A DNA stretch of 30,724 nucleotides from a virus. Taxonomy: Duplodnaviria > Caudoviricetes. Below the pieces are notes generated by a model. The model ran no database searches. It saw only the letters and a list, made by a program, of their open reading frames with translations, and had not been told where the DNA came from. Below are positions 7,058-14,334 of the stretch, in pieces. The number at the start of each line of letters is the position of its first letter. Within the stretch, counting starts at the first letter, position 1. The translations under genes were made by a program, and so were the position numbers. The stretch lies in the IMG/VR virus record IMGVR_UViG_3300011339_000196, positions 1-30,724 of that record. One strand, written 5' to 3'.

Positions 7058-7857
7058 ATGAGCTGGCTCTTTTCGCAGGCGCTGGTGGAGGAATACTCGG
7101 TGGACACCTCCTTGGATGGCGAACCGTCTGCGCCGTTGAGTGGGAACCCTACCCAGCAAGCGTACTGTGCGCCAGACAAAATGACGGCCTTCTCCCGCCT
7201 TTCCCGATTTGGGATGACGTACAAACCTTTGACGGCAAGCCGTGGCGAGGAATTGTTGACGTTGTATCTGGCGGGTTTCCATGTCAAGACATCTCAGCCG
7301 CAGGGGGGGGGGCTGGAATTGACGGAGAGCGCAGCGGGATGTGGCGAGAAATGGCGCGCATCATTCACGAAGTACGACCACGATACGTCTTTGTGGAAAA
7401 CTCACCAATGCTCACTTCTAGGGGACTTGGAACCGTTCTTGGAGACTTGGCCTCAATCGGGTTTGATGCGCGGTGGGGAGTGCTGGGAGCAGCAGACGTT
7501 GGCGCACCACACCAAAGGGACAGAATCTGGATTTTCGCAAATAACATTTCCAACACCGACTGCGAGTCATATGCCCAGCGAGGGGTCGATCATGCAGTAT
7601 CGGAAACTAGTGGACATGGGGATTTTGACAAAGACAGAAGCGGAGAAAATGTTGGAAGCATCATTGAATCCACCGAGAATGAAACCTTGGAAACCGAAAT
7701 TAGAGCAACCATTGGAAACAAAGACTGGTGGATATATGAATCCGGCTTTCCAAGAGTGGTTGATGGGGTGGCCGCTAGGGTGGACAGACTTAAAGCCATT
7801 GGAAACGGACAAGTGCCACTCTGTGCCGCAACAGCCTGGCAGCTTCTCAGTAAATAA
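7054..7857 (+). CDS. C5-cytosine DNA methyltransferase, alpha chain (motifs I-VIII and X)
   Basis: LFAGAGG (I), GGFPCQ (IV), VENS (VI), HQRDRIW (VIII), RLKAIGNG (X); start ATG 7051 or GTG 7054. Confidence 0.92.
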   Translation: MNELALFAGAGGGILGGHLLGWRTVCAVEWEPYPASVLCARQNDGLLPPFPIWDDVQTFDGKPWRGIVDVVSGGFPCQDISAAGGGAGIDGERSGMWREMARIIHEVRPRYVFVENSPMLTSRGLGTVLGDLASIGFDARWGVLGAADVGAPHQRDRIWIFANNISNTDCESYAQRGVDHAVSETSGHGDFDKDRSGENVGSIIESTENETLETEIRATIGNKDWWIYESGFPRVVDGVAARVDRLKAIGNGQVPLCAATAWQLLSK

Positions 7858-7876
7858 TGGTGAAATATGCCTCTAG
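7058..7876 (+). CDS. Overlapping +1-frame methyltransferase beta chain (motif IX, probable TRD)
   Basis: 272-aa ORF overlapping almost all of the alpha gene; FPTPTAS and MNPAFQEWLMGWPLGWT; GGAGG 8 nt upstream. Confidence 0.75.
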   Translation: MSWLFSQALVEEYSVDTSLDGEPSAPLSGNPTQQAYCAPDKMTAFSRLSRFGMTYKPLTASRGEELLTLYLAGFHVKTSQPQGGGLELTESAAGCGEKWRASFTKYDHDTSLWKTHQCSLLGDLEPFLETWPQSGLMRGGECWEQQTLAHHTKGTESGFSQITFPTPTASHMPSEGSIMQYRKLVDMGILTKTEAEKMLEASLNPPRMKPWKPKLEQPLETKTGGYMNPAFQEWLMGWPLGWTDLKPLETDKCHSVPQQPGSFSVNNGEICL

Positions 7877-7921
7877 CCCTTATAAACATTGACGTTATAG
7901 CTACAAAATTAGGAGTATAAA

Positions 7922-8164
7922 ATTAACTACTTTGACGCCCACAAGCTGCTAGACGAAACCCGCAATGGCTACAACCACACCGAAGCCGACATTACCGCCG
8001 CCTTGGAACTCACTGGAGACATTGATATCGACATACTCGGAAATGGCGTTAGCTGGTGGAGATCAAGCCCTGAAAGACGGACGCCGCGAGTATCTACTTC
8101 AACGCTTTCGGAAATTGGAACAAGATTTTCCGGGATTGCGATCAATGATCATCGAACGAATTAG
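7922..8164 (+). CDS. Hypothetical protein with ATT start, or start-lost pseudogene
   Basis: AGGAG-6nt-ATT AAC TAC TTT...; reads NYFDAHKLLDETRNG..ITAALELTGDID; in-frame TAG at 7910 precludes an upstream start. Confidence 0.45.
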   Translation: MNYFDAHKLLDETRNGYNHTEADITAALELTGDIDIDILGNGVSWWRSSPERRTPRVSTSTLSEIGTRFSGIAINDHRTN

Positions 8165-8177
8165 GTCAATGAAATGA
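7965..8177 (+). CDS. Hypothetical helical protein (true start uncertain)
   Basis: Stop coupled to rusA start; C-terminal half looks amphipathic-helical. Confidence 0.45.
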   Translation: MATTTPKPTLPPPWNSLETLISTYSEMALAGGDQALKDGRREYLLQRFRKLEQDFPGLRSMIIERIRSMK

Positions 8178-8593
8178 TGCAAATCATGTTCACAGTGCCT
8201 GGTCAGCCGCACGGCAAAGGACGACCGCGGTTTGCACGACGAGGAAACTTTGTCGCAACTTACACCGATGCCAAAACCAGCAGCTACGAAGACCAAGTAC
8301 GCTTTTACGCACTACAAGCAATGGGAAGCAGTGAACCGCTTAAAACGGCGCTGGAGGCTTTTATTTACGTCAGGCTACCAGTGCCACAGTCTTACTCCAA
8401 AAAGCGCACTGAGGCTTGTTTAAGTGGCTTGGAGAGGCCATGCAAGAAACCAGACCTGGACAACATCATTAAAAGCATGATGGATGGCATGAACGGCATT
8501 GTTTACGAAGATGATGACCAAGTGGTGGATTTGCACTCAACAAAACGGTATGCAATAAATGCTGGCGTGGATATTTTGATTAAGGAAAAATAA
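8174..8593 (+). CDS. rusA: RusA-family Holliday junction resolvase
   Basis: VPGQPHGKGRPR, KPDLDNIIK..DGMNG..YEDDDQV catalytic Asp motifs. Confidence 0.93.
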   Translation: MMQIMFTVPGQPHGKGRPRFARRGNFVATYTDAKTSSYEDQVRFYALQAMGSSEPLKTALEAFIYVRLPVPQSYSKKRTEACLSGLERPCKKPDLDNIIKSMMDGMNGIVYEDDDQVVDLHSTKRYAINAGVDILIKEK

Positions 8594-8859
8594 TGGACAA
8601 ATCAATTGAAATCCGTGCATTAAAAGCACTTGTCAGTGAATTGGATAAAACAATTGCTCGACTTGATAAAGAAATTTTAGAGAAACTGGAAGACGCATCT
8701 CTTGAACGAACTCGAACAAGCACGTTAATTGAAGTATTCCAAAAAGTATTTCCAAAAGATGCAAGAAATATTATTATTAGTGCAGCTATGCAATTGAAAA
8801 AAAATGGTGATATTAATTGCGATCTGTTGTCATATTACGATGCGAGTTACGAGGAATAA
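8593..8859 (+). CDS. Hypothetical coiled-coil protein (AT-rich)
   Basis: TAATG coupling to rusA, AAGGA SD. Confidence 0.7.
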   Translation: MDKSIEIRALKALVSELDKTIARLDKEILEKLEDASLERTRTSTLIEVFQKVFPKDARNIIISAAMQLKKNGDINCDLLSYYDASYEE

Positions 8860-8860
8860 T

Positions 8861-9016
8861 ATGTTAAAACAAGTAAAGCCAGAATCAGAGCCGCCATATT
8901 ACGTTTGTACAAGCTGCAACTGGGCGTGGAAATCATTGCGAGAAGCCTATAAGCATTCTTGTGGACTAAATCTACCGCCTGTGCCTGCTTTCCAGAGTTA
9001 CAGTAAAAAGCCATGA
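8861..9016 (+). CDS. Small zinc-finger-like protein (51 aa)
   Basis: GAGGA SD before ATG 8861; YVCTSC..W......HSC pattern. Confidence 0.6.
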   Translation: MLKQVKPESEPPYYVCTSCNWAWKSLREAYKHSCGLNLPPVPAFQSYSKKP

Positions 9017-9468
9017 AACTTGTTGCAATACCTATGAAATTAACTGAGGCAATTGATTTTGTCAGGAATTTTCATAGGCACAACAAACCACCAATTGGAG
9101 GACTTTTTGCCGTTGGCGTCTCTGATGGTGAGCAATGCAAAGGTGTTGCAATTGTTTCAAGGCCAGTGTCTAGGTCGTTAGATGATGGGCAAACTGTTGA
9201 AGTAATACGTTGTTGCGTGGTTGACGATGCGCCAAAAGGCTGTTGTTCTTTTTTGTATGCAAGGTGTTGGAATGCAGCTAAAGAGTTGGGCTGGCAAAAA
9301 ATGGTTACCTACACTTTGCAATCAGAATCAGGATCGTCATTAAAAGGTGCTGGGTGGAAAGTTTTTGCAGAACTAAAAGGGAGAACTGATCAAGGATGGC
9401 AGAACCGCCCCGGCAGAGAGTGGCAAGAAGTTACAGGCCAATCAAAATTTAGATGGGAAAAACAATGA
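9013..9468 (+). CDS. XF1762-family protein (Mom-like/GNAT-fold candidate)
   Basis: FVRNFHRHNKP, GVAIVSRPVSR.LDDG.TVEV.R, TYTLQSESGSSLKGAGW motifs. Confidence 0.75.
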   Translation: MKLVAIPMKLTEAIDFVRNFHRHNKPPIGGLFAVGVSDGEQCKGVAIVSRPVSRSLDDGQTVEVIRCCVVDDAPKGCCSFLYARCWNAAKELGWQKMVTYTLQSESGSSLKGAGWKVFAELKGRTDQGWQNRPGREWQEVTGQSKFRWEKQ

Positions 9469-9872
9469 AAGTCACAGTATGGGAACCTGTTCAGGCTCAC
9501 AAAGAAATGATGAACGTGATCTGGCCGATGCTGAAATCAATGCTGATTGCCGGCCACCGGATGACCATCGAGATCAAGCAGAGCAAGCGAAGCGTGGAAC
9601 AGAACGCGATGTTTCACAGCATGATCGACAAAATAGCCAAGCAAATGGCCACGGCAGGCAGCACCTGGACAGCAGATGATTGGAAAAGATTGCTGATTGA
9701 CCAGTGGGCGCACGACACAAACCGCAAGATCGGCAAGGTCTGTCCGAGTTTGGACGGGGAGCGAATTGTCCAGCTTGGCCTGCAAAGCCACAAGTTCACC
9801 ACCAGCGAGAGCAGCGAGTTCATCGAATTCTTGCTTGCCTGGTCAGCAGACAAGGGCATTGATGTTTCCTAA
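9465..9872 (+). CDS. ninB: NinB/Orf-family recombination protein
   Basis: KRSVEQNAMFHSM..I..Q, WTADDWK, SEFIEFLLAW motifs. Confidence 0.85.
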   Translation: MKVTVWEPVQAHKEMMNVIWPMLKSMLIAGHRMTIEIKQSKRSVEQNAMFHSMIDKIAKQMATAGSTWTADDWKRLLIDQWAHDTNRKIGKVCPSLDGERIVQLGLQSHKFTTSESSEFIEFLLAWSADKGIDVS

Positions 9873-10137
9873 ACACGCCTATGTGCGCGACAAAGCCCTG
9901 CTGAAACGGGTGGCGCAACTGGATTGCCAGCACTGCGGCAGCGGGGAAATGGTGCAGGCAGCGCATAGCAATTGGGGCGGCGGAAAGGGACGGGGCATCA
10001 AAGCAGATGACAACCTGGTAGCCGCGCTATGCCAAACGTGTCATTGGGAAGTTGACCAGGGCCACACATTGACCAAAGAGGAGCGACAAGCAATGTGGCA
10101 AACGGCATATGAAAAGACAAAAGAAGTGTTATATTGA
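9862..10137 (+). CDS. HNH-like Zn-binding protein (DUF968/DUF1364-like)
   Basis: CQHCG...QAAHSN..KGRGIKADD..AALCQTCH; ATG at 9862. Confidence 0.8.
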   Translation: MFPKHAYVRDKALLKRVAQLDCQHCGSGEMVQAAHSNWGGGKGRGIKADDNLVAALCQTCHWEVDQGHTLTKEERQAMWQTAYEKTKEVLY

Positions 10138-10173
10138 TGATATTCTTGGCTAGTCCCCGTTTTTTGGACACTT

Positions 10174-10536
10174 ATGAACATTGACGACATTGCAGAGTTC
10201 ATTGCCCAGCTGTTCCACAGCAGCACGGTGACGCATCTACTCCACTTGAGTACCGACAGCTACAGCAAGCACAAGGCGCTAGGCAAGTATTACCCGCAGA
10301 TCGTTGAACTGACCGACAAGTTTGCTGAAAACTTCCAGGGCAAGTACGAGAAGATTAAAAAATACCCGGAAGAATTCCACAGCGCGACTGACCCAATTGC
10401 TTATCTGCAAGGCATCCAGGCGTTTGTAACCGAGGCACGAGTGTCATTGCCAGAAGACACAGAATTGCAAAACATTGTTGATGAAATCGCAGAACTCATT
10501 AACAGTACCCTGTACCGCCTGCGCTTTTTGGAGTAA
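10174..10536 (+). CDS. Ferritin/Dps-like four-helix protein (DUF5856-like)
   Basis: HLLHLST.SYSKHKAL..YY..I.EL.D.FAE..QG and ELQNIVDEI..LI..TLY.L motifs. Confidence 0.75.
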   Translation: MNIDDIAEFIAQLFHSSTVTHLLHLSTDSYSKHKALGKYYPQIVELTDKFAENFQGKYEKIKKYPEEFHSATDPIAYLQGIQAFVTEARVSLPEDTELQNIVDEIAELINSTLYRLRFLE

Positions 10537-10538
10537 AC

Positions 10539-10703
10539 ATGGATAGCAAAATGGAAAAGATGGAGCCAAAAGCTGAAAAAGCACCAATGCAGCCAATGGC
10601 CCAGCCCATGATGAAGGCCAAAGCGCCTGCGCCAATGAACTACAGCGGCGGCAAATCCAACGGCGGCAGCTGCTACGACCACGGACGCAAGAGCAGCCAA
10701 TGA
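10539..10703 (+). CDS. Small Met/Pro/Lys-rich protein (54 aa), not in ORF track
   Basis: MDSKMEKMEPKAEKAPMQ...GSCYDHGRKSSQ; GGAG SD; stop overlaps next ATG. Confidence 0.7.
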   Translation: MDSKMEKMEPKAEKAPMQPMAQPMMKAKAPAPMNYSGGKSNGGSCYDHGRKSSQ

Positions 10704-10936
10704 ATTGTGGATCTTGCAGGATGTTCCAAGACCAGCCCATCATGGGCGTCTGCCGGTTATATCCACAAACGCAAAACAAACAAAGAACTGATTGGTGCGG
10801 TCAATTTGCTGCAATTGAAGACAGAAAAGTTGTAGAAGTGCCTGTTTACGACATAATGACCGACACCATCAAACCGCAAGTTGTTGCCCGAATCAAACGA
10901 AAGTACGAGCGTAAAAATGTTCAAACCTCTGCGTGA
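10700..10936 (+). CDS. Small Cys-rich protein, HiPIP-like pattern
   Basis: CGSCRMF...GVC...DWCGQF (CxxC..C..WC). Confidence 0.65.
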   Translation: MNCGSCRMFQDQPIMGVCRLYPQTQNKQRTDWCGQFAAIEDRKVVEVPVYDIMTDTIKPQVVARIKRKYERKNVQTSA

Positions 10937-11186
10937 CCGTGTTGTTGTCAAACCCCAGGTGAGGCTGTTGAGCGACCTGATTTATGTAGACAACAAGGAA
11001 CCCTTCAACGAAGGCACTATTGTGGCTGTAGGCCCACTGGTGACGGATGTGGCAGTTGGTGACTTCATTAAGTACGGCAACGGCGACTATCTCAACTGGC
11101 CCACCCAGACGGAAGATGGGCAGGATTACCAAATCATTCAAGAAGCTGACATTTGTGCAGTAGTGGAGTATGAAGATGGCGAATAA
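10917..11186 (+). CDS. groES: GroES-like co-chaperonin
   Basis: MFKPLRDRVVVKP, GTIVAVGP, VAVGD, YQIIQEADI.AVVE. Confidence 0.88.
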   Translation: MFKPLRDRVVVKPQVRLLSDLIYVDNKEPFNEGTIVAVGPLVTDVAVGDFIKYGNGDYLNWPTQTEDGQDYQIIQEADICAVVEYEDGE

Positions 11187-11340
11187 ACCAGGGCTATATG
11201 CCAACATTCACGCTAAGCAAGAGCGAATTGAGCGCCAAAAAGATGCTGGCAAGACACCAGAGCGCATGAGGTCACCAGGCGCCAAGGGCGCACCTACTGC
11301 CGCGGCGTTCAAGGCCAGTGCCAAAACCGCTAAGAAATAA
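11176..11340 (+). CDS. Small basic protein (54 aa), not in ORF track
   Basis: MANKPGLYANIHAKQERI...GAKGAPTAAAFKASAKTAKK; GGAG SD; TAATG coupling. Confidence 0.8.
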   Translation: MANKPGLYANIHAKQERIERQKDAGKTPERMRSPGAKGAPTAAAFKASAKTAKK

Positions 11341-11612
11341 TGGCAAAGCACGACAAACCTATTGCCCACACCACGACAGGTAAGGGTAAGAACTACAACC
11401 CCGTAGAAAAAGGGGCTGGTATGACTGCGGCTGGCCGTGCAGCTTACAACGCAGCAAACAACTCAAATCTAAAACCACCAGCCCCAAACCCCAAGACCAA
11501 AGCAGACGCAGGCCGTAAAGCCAGCTTTTGTGCGCGAATGGAAGGGGTGGTTCAAAACGCCAAAGGCCCAGCAGAACGGGCAAAGGCATCCCTCAAAAAC
11601 TGGAACTGTTAA
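11340..11612 (+). CDS. Small basic protein (DUF6321-like)
   Basis: GMTAAGRAAYN...NLKPP...RKASFCARM.G...SLKNWNC. Confidence 0.75.
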   Translation: MAKHDKPIAHTTTGKGKNYNPVEKGAGMTAAGRAAYNAANNSNLKPPAPNPKTKADAGRKASFCARMEGVVQNAKGPAERAKASLKNWNC

Positions 11613-11624
11613 AAAGGAAACATC

Positions 11625-12038
11625 ATGTCAAACTCAGTAGCTACCGGCGTTGCTTACTCCGACCCTGAATTTACAACCTGCTACGCAAGCCAAGAATTTG
11701 GCTATAGCGCAGCGGCTCAAACTGCCGTAACGCAAGCGACAAGCAAGTCTACCGGCGTGACTGCAAACACCAGTGCCGGTCAGATTACGATGAACAACGC
11801 AGCTTTGGCTGGAGCCACTGCCGTTTCGTTTGTTCTGACCAACAGCACGATTAGCGCCAAGGACACAATGATTGTGAACGTCGGAAGCAATACCACTGGT
11901 AGTGCCGCTGGTGCGTATGTTGTTTATGTGTCTTACATGGTTGCTGGTTCTGCTTTGATTACGCTGCGAAACCTGACTGCTGCTACTTCATACTCTGAGG
12001 CAGTAGTGCTCAACTTTTCAATCATTCACAACGTTTAA
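11625..12038 (+). CDS. Ser/Thr/Ala-rich beta protein, probable virion component
   Basis: AAGGA SD; similar to C-terminal domain of 25106..25705. Confidence 0.75.
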   Translation: MSNSVATGVAYSDPEFTTCYASQEFGYSAAAQTAVTQATSKSTGVTANTSAGQITMNNAALAGATAVSFVLTNSTISAKDTMIVNVGSNTTGSAAGAYVVYVSYMVAGSALITLRNLTAATSYSEAVVLNFSIIHNV

Positions 12039-12796
12039 TGTTCCCCGGCCAAAACCTAATCAGCCAGATGCTTCCTGCTAGCAGGGATATTCGCTTGTTT
12101 CAGCAACAGCAGCAGCAGATGGGTGGCGGCGGTTATCAGGGCGTCAGTTCAAATCCTGGTTGGGATGCGTTGTCCAATGAGGAAAAAGCCTCTTTTTACG
12201 AGCAAAACCCAACAATGGCAGGCATTACCCAATTAGGTCAAAAAGCCTTTGGGTTGAGCAGTTACGGGATGTTGCAAAACGCTTTACAACCTGCATTCGT
12301 AAGCGAACAGAAAGCAGTTGCTCAAGGCCCAATGGCGTACTCAGGGTTTAGGAACTTTGGCAAAGAAAGCAGTTTACCCAGCGGCGGCATAGTTAGTCCA
12401 GGTATGTCTGGCGTTTCAACGGATACGGGATTACAAAGCCAATTTAATACAGGTCAAACAGGCTTGTACGGCGATGCAGCTGCTGGCATGGGTACTTTTG
12501 GCGATTCTGCTGTTGGTTTTGGTGGCGGTTTTGGCGGTAACGTTGGCACTGGCGAGAGTGGCGGCAGCCCTGCTGATGCTGCTGATATGGGCTATTCCCA
12601 CGGTGGCAAGGTAAAGCTGAAAGATTTGATCCAACCAGGCCCAGGCAAGGACGATGGCTACGGTGGCCTGAAAGATGGCGAGTACGTCATTAATAAGGCC
12701 GCGGTTAAGCGTTACGGCATCAAGATGCTGGAAAACATCAACCAGCGCAAAGTATCAAAGAAACAAGTAAGCAATTTCTTCAAGAATCATGGCTGA
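12038..12796 (+). CDS. Gly-rich unknown protein with tape-measure-like C-terminal motif
   Basis: YSHGGKV...GPGKDDG...LKDGEYVINKAAVKRYG..LENIN. Confidence 0.7.
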   Translation: MFPGQNLISQMLPASRDIRLFQQQQQQMGGGGYQGVSSNPGWDALSNEEKASFYEQNPTMAGITQLGQKAFGLSSYGMLQNALQPAFVSEQKAVAQGPMAYSGFRNFGKESSLPSGGIVSPGMSGVSTDTGLQSQFNTGQTGLYGDAAAGMGTFGDSAVGFGGGFGGNVGTGESGGSPADAADMGYSHGGKVKLKDLIQPGPGKDDGYGGLKDGEYVINKAAVKRYGIKMLENINQRKVSKKQVSNFFKNHG

Positions 12797-14141
12797 CAAC
12801 CGCCTGAGTACGTTTTTGCCTAACCGCAGCGTTATGGGCGCAAAAATGTTGCAACGCCCAGCACAGCCATCCTTGCGCGAACACTTGCGCGAACAATACC
12901 CCGAGGTCTATGGTGGTCTGGGTGGGCTGATGGGCATGGCACCAGACGAGATGGGCGGCAGCGTGTTAGACCCAAACACCGCCCGAGTCAGGCAAGGCGC
13001 TCAGATTGGGTTTCCAGTGGGCACTGCGTTACAAATGTTGCCCTTCTTTGGCCCTGCCAAAACAGGCGCTATGGCTGTAGGACGAGCTGGTGAACGTTTT
13101 GCAGAACGTGCTGTACCTCAGATCATGGAGCGTGGCGGTATGGGCGCTGAGATGCTGCAAGGCATGAGCAGAGGTGCTGAAAGTTATGCGTTACCGCCTG
13201 CTGGCCGCAGCGGGTTTGGCGCTTTTGATCCAAGATACGATCCGCGGGTAAAAGAGCAGGCTAGGATGCAGGCCATGACTCGGGATGTTCAATTAAATCC
13301 TGGTGCAGCAAATGCGCCTACGGTTTCGTTAGCCGAATTTGAAGGCAGGCCATTTATTACAAGCATGGCTGATCGCACGGCAGCTGGTGGCAAATTGGTA
13401 GGAGTTGACAATGTACAGTTCAACAGGCCAGTAGAGTTGCTTGGTGGACAGGACTATATGTTTAACAATCCTGGTCAAGTTTGGGCATCTGGCAAGCAAC
13501 CAGCAAAAGCGTTGATGAAATACGCTGATGAAATTAAGGCTGCAACAGGGCAAGACCCGTTGTATTTGCCATATCGCATGGCTCCCACTGGTGGTGATTT
13601 TGCCCAAATGACAGGCGAAACCATGTTGGCTTATGCTGATGCGTCTATGGGCAAGATGCAAAAAAAGCAATTAGACAAAATGATAAAGCAATACATCCCT
13701 GATTGGGCGGGTGTATCTAATCCCGCAAGCGTTGATCAATTTAGGCAAATGCCAGATTTGACCCGTAAAGCCATCAAAGACAAGATGGACAAGAAATTTC
13801 GTGATGAAGGCGGTTTAAATATTGGAAGCGCACGGTTAGCAATATCAGACCCAGCACAGTTAGAAGCCCGTCAAGGTGGCATTATGAATGTCGGTGAGAT
13901 ATATGCTGGTAAGCCAATCATCACAGAATCTGGTCATCCTGCTTACCCAAGTGGCGTACCAGGCCGAGGCATTGGAACTGTAAGCAAAGACACCAGCATC
14001 TTTGAAATGCTGCCTGAGTACGCCAAAGCACGGAACATTGCTGACCCAAGGATGCCTAGTGACGCCGATATGAGATCAATCTCAATGAAGCCCTACGCTG
14101 GCGTGATTACCGAAAAAATGCTTAGACAGCTTGGCTACTGA
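12789..14141 (+). CDS. Unknown 450-aa protein (ejection-protein-like N-terminus plus globular C-terminal domain)
   Basis: Long ORF overlapping upstream gene; G/M/A-rich first ~150 aa, then complex sequence with HPAYPSG motif. Confidence 0.8.
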   Translation: MADNRLSTFLPNRSVMGAKMLQRPAQPSLREHLREQYPEVYGGLGGLMGMAPDEMGGSVLDPNTARVRQGAQIGFPVGTALQMLPFFGPAKTGAMAVGRAGERFAERAVPQIMERGGMGAEMLQGMSRGAESYALPPAGRSGFGAFDPRYDPRVKEQARMQAMTRDVQLNPGAANAPTVSLAEFEGRPFITSMADRTAAGGKLVGVDNVQFNRPVELLGGQDYMFNNPGQVWASGKQPAKALMKYADEIKAATGQDPLYLPYRMAPTGGDFAQMTGETMLAYADASMGKMQKKQLDKMIKQYIPDWAGVSNPASVDQFRQMPDLTRKAIKDKMDKKFRDEGGLNIGSARLAISDPAQLEARQGGIMNVGEIYAGKPIITESGHPAYPSGVPGRGIGTVSKDTSIFEMLPEYAKARNIADPRMPSDADMRSISMKPYAGVITEKMLRQLGY

Positions 14142-14328
14142 ACAAAAATTCAGGTTTAAAATTGTTTGCCAACTTTGCCCCATATCGCTCAAGCAGGAAT
14201 GCTTTAACCGACTCTTGCGTAACAGACTCAACGCCAGTGACAACGCACCGCATCTCATGCAAGGTAAGCGCCTCAAGCATCTTGGCTGGAATTTTTACGT
14301 CTGTGTTGACGATTGGCGATAGTGTCAT
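14122..14328 (-). CDS. Lone antisense small protein (68 aa)
   Basis: Own consensus promoter; ATG at 14328 lies 6 nt after the -10; fills the gap and overlaps the 3' end of 12789..14141 by 20 nt. Confidence 0.7.
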   Translation of the reverse strand: MTLSPIVNTDVKIPAKMLEALTLHEMRCVVTGVESVTQESVKAFLLERYGAKLANNFKPEFLFSSQAV

Positions 14329-14334
14329 TTCCAC

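Noticed and set aside
10127-10135. Extended -10-like TGTTATATT upstream of the ferritin-like gene
   Set aside because: Plausible promoter but single, in AT-rich context and without -35 or operator support.
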